DNA from: an uncultured Clostridia bacterium | Lineage (GTDB): Bacteria > Bacillota > Clostridia > Christensenellales > CAG-314 | Direction of reading: 5' to 3' | DNA: 32,376 bases | NCBI GenBank assembly: GCA_934177025.1 | Contig: CAKPPA010000001.1 | Span: 1 to 32,376, forward strand | Shown here: positions 1 through 6,432 of the stretch, one piece after another | Layout: every line of letters starts with the position of its first letter | Numbering within the stretch: the first letter of the stretch is position 1 | Translations under genes and position numbers: made by a program | Notes under the pieces: model-generated | What the model was told of the DNA's origin: nothing | The model's input: only the letters and a program-made list of their open reading frames with translations | The model's database searches: none

Positions 1-75
1 GTAGCGGCGGTCGGATTCGAACCAACGACCTGCCGGGTATGAACCGGCCGCTATAACCATCTAAGCTACGCCGCC
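1..75 (-). tRNA. tRNA-Met, CAU anticodon, elongator type; 3' CCA cut by the window edge
   Basis: Reverse complement reads GGCGGCGTAGCTTAGATGGTTATAGCGGCCGGTTCATACCCGGCAGGTCGTTGGTTCGAATCCGACCGCCGCTAC. It folds as a cloverleaf with anticodon stem GCCGG/CCGGC, loop TTCATAC (CAT) and T-arm GTTGG-TTCGAAT-CCGAC. A CAU tRNA could also be tRNA-Ile2 if lysidinylated. Confidence 0.85.
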
Positions 76-81
76 ATGAAT

Positions 82-159
<78 letters not shown>

Positions 160-178
160 ATATCACTTCAGCCTAATG

Positions 179-207
179 ATAGTAACAAATTCTTTATTCT
201 TTGTCAA
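179..207 (-). promoter_or_regulatory. sigma-A type promoter for the tRNA-fMet/tRNA-Met pair
   Basis: Minus strand reads TTGACA (207..202), 17-nt spacer, TACTAT (184..179), about 20 nt upstream of the initiator tRNA 5' end. Confidence 0.55.
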
Positions 208-270
208 GTTTTTATCGTGACTTTTTCTTTTAATTGTCCTGCCTTTTTCCGCAAGGGTTTTTTACCGATT

Positions 271-1545
271 TTAACGCCCTTCGCTTCCGGGGACGCTCGG
301 CGCAAAATCCAAAAACTTGTTGTTGCCCTTCACGTTGCCCCGAACGTCCGTCGGCAACAAAACCACGTAGTTTTCGCTGTCGGTGCCGATGAGTTCGACG
401 GAATCCACCACCACTTTTTTGCCCCTGCCGGACGACGCGCTTTCAAACCGCGCCTTTAGTTTGCCTACGCCGACAAAATCCCCGTCCAGCACCCCTTCGA
501 GCGTCCCTGCCGCCGCAAAGGATACCGCCGTTGTGCCGTCGTATATTTTGTCGTTTAATTTCAGCCCCGTAAGCCGCAAGGGGTTCGGGCAAATTTTGCC
601 GCGCGCTTCCGCCGCCTCGATGCGATAGTTTTTTGCCTTGTCGCCCGTAAGTTTTAACCCCGAAAGCACAATGCGTCGTTCGCCGACGGCGGCGTTGTCA
701 AAGGCAATCGCATCGTATTCCGCCGACACGTCGTCCCCCTCCAACGTGTCGAGGCAAAGCGTTCCGCAAAAACTTGCCGTGCCGTCGTAAACTTTTTCCG
801 TTTCGGTAAAGTGCAACGCAAGGACTTTCGGCAAAATCGTCAACGTCCCTTCCCGCACGGTTACGTCGTATTTTTCCGTTTCCACGCCTACTACGGTAAC
901 GGGGTACGTTCCGACGTCCGAATTTTGTTGTGCGTCCGTTTGCAGCGTGGGGCTGAAGTTCAAACTTTCTGCCGTGTCGCCGTCCACAAACCCCTGAAAC
1001 GTTACTTTTAGCGGCGGATTTGCCGTGCCGTACTCCTTTTGACAGGAAGTTACTTCCGCTACAAGCAACGGTTTTTGCACAATGACGACTTTTTTTGCGA
1101 TTTCCCTTGCCGAAACTTCGACGGAAATCGTCACTTCGCCCGTCCGATTCGGGCAAAAGTCAAAAGCGTGCGTCGAGGCATGCCCCGCTTTTTCGCGAAA
1201 CGCTTCCTTGCCGTTTACCTTCCACACGATTTCGTCCGTTTCCTTCACCGACGTACTGCGTAAACGCACTTCGTAGGTGGCGTGTTCGCCGTAACGTAGT
1301 TCCGCTACGCCGACCAATTCCCCTTTTTTTTCCGCGGGTTTTTGCGGCAGGACGAGTGCCGTCACCAAAATCGTTAAAAGCACAACAACGCCGATCAAGG
1401 CCAGCCACAGTCCGCCGTAAAACCCTTTTGCGTCCTGCGCCGTTTCCCCCTGCGGCGTTGTGTTTTGTTGTTTGCTGTGTTCCGAACGAGCAACGTTTTT
1501 CGTGCGTTCGTTCGTTGTTTTTTTGTTTTTTTGCGCCTGTTTCAT
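271..1545 (-). CDS. membrane-anchored surface protein with MBG-type and YDG-type repeat domains (adhesin-like)
   Basis: ORF 271..1575. I prefer the internal ATG at 1545, which is preceded by GGAGGAG with a 5-nt spacer; the ATG at 1575 has no purine-rich site. The protein has a basic N-terminus, one TM helix (GLWLALIGVVVLLTILVTALVL), then KEYGTANPPLKVTFQGFVDGDTAESL...VGTYPVTV (MBG-like) and EKVYDGTASF / DKIYDGTTAVSF (YDG-like) repeats. Confidence 0.7.
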   Translation of the reverse strand: MKQAQKNKKTTNERTKNVARSEHSKQQNTTPQGETAQDAKGFYGGLWLALIGVVVLLTILVTALVLPQKPAEKKGELVGVAELRYGEHATYEVRLRSTSVKETDEIVWKVNGKEAFREKAGHASTHAFDFCPNRTGEVTISVEVSAREIAKKVVIVQKPLLVAEVTSCQKEYGTANPPLKVTFQGFVDGDTAESLNFSPTLQTDAQQNSDVGTYPVTVVGVETEKYDVTVREGTLTILPKVLALHFTETEKVYDGTASFCGTLCLDTLEGDDVSAEYDAIAFDNAAVGERRIVLSGLKLTGDKAKNYRIEAAEARGKICPNPLRLTGLKLNDKIYDGTTAVSFAAAGTLEGVLDGDFVGVGKLKARFESASSGRGKKVVVDSVELIGTDSENYVVLLPTDVRGNVKGNNKFLDFAPSVPGSEGR

Positions 1546-1596
1546 AAACTCCTCCGCAAGGTCAGTTTGTGCCATGCGGAAAAATTTATTACGCTG

Positions 1597-2967
1597 TTAG
1601 GAAATGCCTACAATGCGCTTGTTTTCCCATTTTTTCGAAAAATAGCGAATTAATCCGAACAAAACGGAAATCGACCAGCCGATCGGGATTGCCAGCGAAA
1701 CGGAAAGATGCTTCAGTTCCGGCGGCAAAATGACAAAATACATTAAGTACTGCGAGCCGATGCGCCCTACAAGCCCGCTAATGGTGCAAAGCAGGAAGTA
1801 GCGAATGTCGCCCACCCCGCGCAACAAGCCGTTTACTACAAACATAATACCTGCCAAAACGTAAAACGGGCTAACCCAACGCAACATTTCCACGCCGAAG
1901 TCGATGGCGGCACGGGAAGTGTCCCCTTCCAAAAACACGCCGAGGAGCGGCTCCCCAAACAGGTACAACACGCCGCAAACCGCAACGGCAATGGCGGAGG
2001 AAGTTAAAATCCCCGCGCGGAACCCGCGCCTCACGCGATCCGGCAGTTCGGCACCGATGTTTTGCCCCGTAAACGAGGACATCGCCGTCGAAATGTTGAC
2101 AAACGGCATTGTGGCAAAGGAATCCAAGCGGAACCCTGCGGTAACCCCTGCAATAAAGTCGTCGCCGCATTTGTTAATGATGTTTTGCGAAAACATCATG
2201 CCGATGGACACAATGGACTGTTGCAAAATGGACGGAACGCCGATGCGAATCATTTTGGAGGCAATTTCCTTGTCGAAAATTTGCGGCTTTTCCGCTTCGT
2301 CCTCCGATTTTAGCATACGCATTTTGAATTTCAGCAAAATCATTAAAATCGCCGCCGAAATTCCTTGGCTGATAATGGTGGCAAGTGCCGCACCGCCGAC
2401 ACTCATTTGCAGCACCATAACAAACAGCAAATCCAGCCCGACGTTTACAACCGTTGTTGCCATAAGGATGTAAAGCGGCGTTTTGGAGTCGCCCAGCGCA
2501 TTGTAAACGGCAGTAATGCCGTTGTACATCATTACAAACAGCGATCCGCCGAACACGATTTTTAAGTAACTGTCCGACATGTCGATAAAGGACGCCGGCG
2601 TATCCAAAAGTTGCAGGAGCGGACGCGAAATCAGGATTCCGATGCCGGTCAGTAGCACCCCCGCCGCGGCGGAAAGGATTAACGCCGTTGTAATGGCCTC
2701 TTTCACCTTGCCGATTTTACGCGCGCCGAACAATTGCGAAACGACAACGGAAATTCCGATGCTCATTCCGGCACCGACGGCAATCATAAGGAAAAAAATT
2801 GCAAAACTTGCGCCGATGGCGGCAAGCCCCAATTTTCCGACCACTTGCCCCACGACGATAAAATCCACCAAATTGTACAACTGTTGAAACACGTTTCCGA
2901 TAAACATCGGCAGTGCAAACATCAACAGCACTTTTCCGGCGTTTCCTTTTGTTAAATCTCGAACCAT
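1597..2967 (-). CDS. MATE family efflux transporter
   Basis: 456 aa and polytopic. The N-terminus GKVLLMFALPMFIGNVFQQLYNLVDFIVVGQ is typical of MATE proteins. SD GGGAGAAA lies upstream of the ATG. Confidence 0.85.
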   Translation of the reverse strand: MVRDLTKGNAGKVLLMFALPMFIGNVFQQLYNLVDFIVVGQVVGKLGLAAIGASFAIFFLMIAVGAGMSIGISVVVSQLFGARKIGKVKEAITTALILSAAAGVLLTGIGILISRPLLQLLDTPASFIDMSDSYLKIVFGGSLFVMMYNGITAVYNALGDSKTPLYILMATTVVNVGLDLLFVMVLQMSVGGAALATIISQGISAAILMILLKFKMRMLKSEDEAEKPQIFDKEIASKMIRIGVPSILQQSIVSIGMMFSQNIINKCGDDFIAGVTAGFRLDSFATMPFVNISTAMSSFTGQNIGAELPDRVRRGFRAGILTSSAIAVAVCGVLYLFGEPLLGVFLEGDTSRAAIDFGVEMLRWVSPFYVLAGIMFVVNGLLRGVGDIRYFLLCTISGLVGRIGSQYLMYFVILPPELKHLSVSLAIPIGWSISVLFGLIRYFSKKWENKRIVGIS

Positions 2968-3070
2968 AAATTTCTCCCGTAAAAATCCTTTTAAGAGTAA
3001 TACATCTTGTTTATTTTGTAAAACAATTTTTTCTTTTTTAAAAATCTTTTATGAAAAATCGATTACTTGT

Positions 3071-3099
3071 TTGCCAGAACCGTTTGCTTATGCTAGTAT
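3071..3099 (+). promoter_or_regulatory. candidate promoter of the second MATE gene
   Basis: TTGCCA (3071..3076), 17-nt spacer ending in TGC (extended -10), TAGTAT (3094..3099). GGAG at 3109 and ATG at 3122 follow. Confidence 0.45.
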
Positions 3100-3121
3100 C
3101 AAAAGCACGGAGTACTGTGAA

Positions 3122-4567
3122 ATGAAATTTTACAAGGATAAGGAATTTGTTCGGCACATTACGCGGCTGGCAGTGCCGATTGCCCTGCAAAACCTGTTGA
3201 CAAGCGTAGTAAACATTGTGGATCAGGTTATGGTAGGTGCGTTGCCGGCGGAAATCGCAAACTATGCGATGTCCGCCGTTTTGTTGGTCAATCAAATCGT
3301 GTTTATTTTCCAAATCGTTATTTTTGCCATTTGCAACACGAACAACGTGTTTATCAGTCAGTACTGGGGCAAAAACGATCGGGATGCCATTCCGCCTGCC
3401 GTCGGGTTCGGGCTGTGCTTAAGCATTGCAATTGCACTCCTGACCACGCTTGTTTGCATGTTGTTCCCGCACTTTGTGGTGGGTCTGTTCGCCCCGAAGG
3501 CGGAAATTTTGCGCTATGCCGAGGAGTTCCTGCGCGTGGTGGCACTCAGCTTTTTGCCGTCCACCATTTCCATTGTGTTAACGTTCGCTTTACGCGGACT
3601 CAAACAAATGAAACTTGCCCTCATCGCCAACGGCGCAGCCATTGTCGTCAACTGCTTTTTGAACTTTAGCTTAATGTTCGGAAAATTCGGTTTTCCGGAA
3701 ATGGGGCTGGTCGGTGCGGCATGGGGTACCGCTTTTTCCCGCATTGTAGAAATGGCAATTGTTTTGGTGGGGCTCCTCATTGCGAAATATCCGATTACCG
3801 CGCGCTTGCCGAAAATGGTAGCGTGGTCGAAGGACTATTTGAAAAAATTTTCCAAAATGTTTTTGCCGATTTTGTCCAACGAAGTGTTTTGGGTGCTGGG
3901 TGCGTCCATTTACCTCGCGGTGTTTGCACAACTGCCGGATAGCGAAAACGTCCTTGCCGCCGTCAACGTAACGCAAAGCGTCGACAAATTGGTGGGCGTC
4001 GCTATGATCGGGCTAGGCTCCGCTACCAGCGTTGTTATCGGCAACATTTTAGGCATGAACGACGTGGAAAAAGCCAAAGCCTATGCCAAAATGTCCGTGC
4101 AGTATTCGCTCGTCGTCGGCATTTTGATTGCGGCGGTTATGTTTGCCTTAAGTTTTTGCGTGCAGTTTTTCTTCGTCAACCTCAATGCGGAAAGTTTGGC
4201 GTATGCGCGCAACCTCATGATGATTTTCGCCGTCGCCGCCATTGTGCGCACGCTGACGTTTAACCTCATGATCGGCGTTTTGCGGGCAGGCGGGGACACC
4301 ACCTTTTGCTTTATCACGGAAACTTGCACCGTTTGGTTGATTGCCGTGCCGATTTGCTGCCTGACGGGGCTTTTGTTCCAATGGCGCGTGGAAATTATTT
4401 ATTCCCTCATTTACGTGGAGGAAGCCTTAAAATCCTTGATCCTTTACTTGCGGCAACGTTCGGGCAAATGGATTCGCGTTTTGGTTGGCAAGGATACCCC
4501 TGCCGTCGAACAGGCCGCCGCACAAGGAATCGAAGCGGAATCCGAACAGGAGTCCGACCCGTCCTAA
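3122..4567 (+). CDS. MATE family efflux transporter
   Basis: ORF track starts at TTG 3071. The ATG at 3122 (MKFYKDKEFVRHITRLAVPIALQNLLTSVVNIVDQVMVG) is the likely start, with GGAG 9 nt upstream. The protein is polytopic with an acidic C-terminal tail. Confidence 0.8.
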   Translation: MKFYKDKEFVRHITRLAVPIALQNLLTSVVNIVDQVMVGALPAEIANYAMSAVLLVNQIVFIFQIVIFAICNTNNVFISQYWGKNDRDAIPPAVGFGLCLSIAIALLTTLVCMLFPHFVVGLFAPKAEILRYAEEFLRVVALSFLPSTISIVLTFALRGLKQMKLALIANGAAIVVNCFLNFSLMFGKFGFPEMGLVGAAWGTAFSRIVEMAIVLVGLLIAKYPITARLPKMVAWSKDYLKKFSKMFLPILSNEVFWVLGASIYLAVFAQLPDSENVLAAVNVTQSVDKLVGVAMIGLGSATSVVIGNILGMNDVEKAKAYAKMSVQYSLVVGILIAAVMFALSFCVQFFFVNLNAESLAYARNLMMIFAVAAIVRTLTFNLMIGVLRAGGDTTFCFITETCTVWLIAVPICCLTGLLFQWRVEIIYSLIYVEEALKSLILYLRQRSGKWIRVLVGKDTPAVEQAAAQGIEAESEQESDPS

Positions 4568-4608
4568 CACAAAAAAGCCGCTTTTCGTAGAAAACAAACG
4601 TAAAAAAA

Positions 4609-4640
4609 CCGTTGAATTTTCAACGGTTTTTGTTTTTTTG
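4609..4640 (+). terminator. rho-independent terminator of the MATE gene
   Basis: CCGTTGA-ATTT-TCAACGG hairpin (4609..4626) followed by TTTTTGTTTTTTTG. Confidence 0.8.
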
Positions 4641-4655
4641 TTTTCCTAACTTGCT

Positions 4656-4798
4656 TTTTACGATTTCGCTTTTTAAAGTTTTTGCGACTTCGCTTTTTTC
4701 AAGGTTTTGTGACTTCCTTTTTCAAAAGTTTACGATTTCCTTATTTCAAAAGTTTACGATTCCTCTTTTTTTAAGTTTTTGTGATTTCGTTTTTTCAA
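4656..4798. repeat. six degenerate tandem repeats, period 23-26 nt
   Basis: Units are tttacgatttcgctttttaaag / tttttgcgacttcgcttttttcaagg / ttttgtgacttcctttttcaaaag / tttacgatttccttatttcaaaag / tttacgattcctctttttttaag / tttttgtgatttcgttttttcaac. Confidence 0.75.
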
Positions 4799-4940
4799 CT
4801 CTGTTGCGGTTGTTCTTTTTTAGCCATCCCTGCGCTTTCGCAACGAAACGTTTTTCCTCCTTAAAAGGCTTCCATCCATTTTTGGGTTCCCTGTCTCACA
4901 GCAAACGGAGCCTTGCAACAGTGCTGTCCCTTAACGCCCC

Positions 4941-5981
4941 TTATTTTACGGTTTTTTCGTAAATCCGATGTACGGCAGTCACTTCGGCGTGGAGCCGCTC
5001 GGCCATTTCCAACTCCGTAAAGGCGTTCTCCGCAATTTTGTGTAGCACAATCTTTTCGCAGGAGGACGGAATGCGCCGCCGCATTTGCTCCAAAATGACG
5101 TAAAACATATCCTTTTGCAAGTACGTTTGTTTGCAACAAAGCGCAAGGACGTGGAACGTCGACCGATCCGCCGAATCTTCCTCCTTTCGTCGTGCAAAAA
5201 TTCGTTTCCTTTTCCCCAGCGTGTCCTCAAAGCCGCCGGCACAAAAACCTACCGGATGCGAAAGTTCGTCCTTAAGTAGCAACATCACGTTCGGTTTTCG
5301 CAGCATCCCCAACAACTCCGGATAGCCGTTTAAAAACGCTTCGGAAATGCTTACGGTACTTTCCTCGTACTTGTCCTTATCCGCAATGGAAACCAAATCC
5401 TTAATTTGTGCGCATTTACTCGTGCGGAACGGCTCCGCCGCAATTCCTTCCGGCAGTTCGTCCTTTAACGCCTCGTTACGAAACGCCACGGTAAACACGT
5501 CCTTGTACTTGCCAAAACCCATTTCCTCAAACAACTGACGGTAGTATGGCGGTTGACGGAAAAAGAATTTTTCCTCGCCGAAAATCGGGCAGCCGTCGCC
5601 GTTAAACGGATTAAACGTGCAAACCGGCCCTTTCAGCCGCGACACCCCGTACTTTTTCATTTGCAAAAACACACTTTCGAACAGCAGTTGCGCCGTCGCA
5701 ACGGAATCCTCACAGTAAAAATAACAAAAATAACACGTCGGGCAATCGCCGCAATGCTTGTCGTTTTCAAAATAAAACAACGTTTGCGCCTTAATTTGAC
5801 CGCCGTCCCTTACGGCAACCGCAAAAACGTTGCGCTTGGAAAGCACCGCCCCGCTTAATTTTTTAAAATAATGGCGGAACAAAAGATTCGCCGTTTTTTC
5901 CTTTTCGGCGGCGACGTATGGGAATTGCGAATAGACGAATTTTTTTAATTCTCTTTTCGTCGAAATGAGTTTTACTTCCAT
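4941..5981 (-). CDS. hypothetical protein, probably a GNAT-like acyltransferase-fold family member
   Basis: 346 aa. The segment LKGPVCTFNPFNGDGCPIFGEEKFFFRQPPYYRQLFEEMGFGKYKDVF resembles the GPI..S.N...G.L..GF......M.YNPPYY..L.E..GF.K pattern of an uncharacterised GNAT-like family, recalled from memory. It also has a Cys cluster, HCGDCPTCYFCYFYC. Confidence 0.4.
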   Translation of the reverse strand: MEVKLISTKRELKKFVYSQFPYVAAEKEKTANLLFRHYFKKLSGAVLSKRNVFAVAVRDGGQIKAQTLFYFENDKHCGDCPTCYFCYFYCEDSVATAQLLFESVFLQMKKYGVSRLKGPVCTFNPFNGDGCPIFGEEKFFFRQPPYYRQLFEEMGFGKYKDVFTVAFRNEALKDELPEGIAAEPFRTSKCAQIKDLVSIADKDKYEESTVSISEAFLNGYPELLGMLRKPNVMLLLKDELSHPVGFCAGGFEDTLGKRKRIFARRKEEDSADRSTFHVLALCCKQTYLQKDMFYVILEQMRRRIPSSCEKIVLHKIAENAFTELEMAERLHAEVTAVHRIYEKTVK

Positions 5982-6074
5982 AATGTAACCTTATTTTTCA
6001 AATTTTAAGTTTTTTCCCAACCGATGTCAACAGCCAAACCGCTTCCATCACGTTTTTTCAGATAATCTTCACAA

Positions 6075-6345
6075 TACTTCCTTTTTTCTCCCTGATTTTT
6101 CCTTGTTTCCGCCGTTTTTTCGTCCCTTTTTGGTTGCTTTGCCGTTCCGCATTCGTTCCCCTTTTGTTGTTTTTCCACTGCAGTTACTCCTATTTTTTCC
6201 TCCCCTTGTTTTTGCTTTTTTCCCTTGCTCTTTTCCTCGCTCTTTTCCTTTCCTCTTTTTTCCCTTTCTCTTTCCTTTTTGATCCCGCTTTTTTCTTTTC
6301 TTTTTCTCTCTTTCCTTTTTTCGCTTTTTCCCTACGCTGTGCGTT
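6075..6345. repeat. long homopyrimidine (plus strand) / homopurine (minus strand) low-complexity tract
   Basis: About 270 nt is almost only T and C on the plus strand. Uninterrupted pyrimidine runs occur at 6240..6280 (41 nt) and 6288..6322 (35 nt). Confidence 0.8.
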
Positions 6346-6397
6346 CCTACGGAAGGAATCATTTTTTTGAAAAAAGGTTTTTTCGGAAAAACTCCTT

Positions 6398-6426
6398 TTG
6401 ACTTACGGCGCAAAAATCGGTATAAT
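6398..6426 (+). promoter_or_regulatory. near-consensus promoter of the methyltransferase gene
   Basis: TTGACT (6398..6403), 17-nt spacer, TATAAT (6421..6426). The ATG at 6433 is only 6 nt downstream and has no SD. Confidence 0.6.
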
Positions 6427-6432
6427 CATTTT

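Noticed and set aside
3071-3121. Longer N-terminal extensions suggested by the ORF track: 3071 TTG, 6367 TTG, 9513, 12269 TTG, 15855, 1575
   Set aside because: In each case an internal ATG with a much better SD, or promoter geometry in the case of 6433, gives a protein starting at the conserved N-terminus. The extensions translate spacer sequence.
4656-4798. CRISPR array hypothesis for the tandem repeats here and at 27188..27365
   Set aside because: The units are contiguous and degenerate, with no unique spacers between conserved repeats. No cas genes or leader are present.
4612-4962. 116-aa F/L/S-rich plus-strand ORF (similar ORFs at 6134..6370, 18119..18394, 9372..9814)
   Set aside because: These are translations of T-rich tandem repeats and spacers. 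They lack an SD, and their composition is typical of non-coding poly-T/C DNA.
6069-6413. 114-aa minus-strand ORF encoding an extremely K/R/G/E-rich protein
   Set aside because: It is just the translation of the homopurine tract. There is no SD, it overlaps the methyltransferase promoter, and its composition is low-complexity. I treat it as non-coding.
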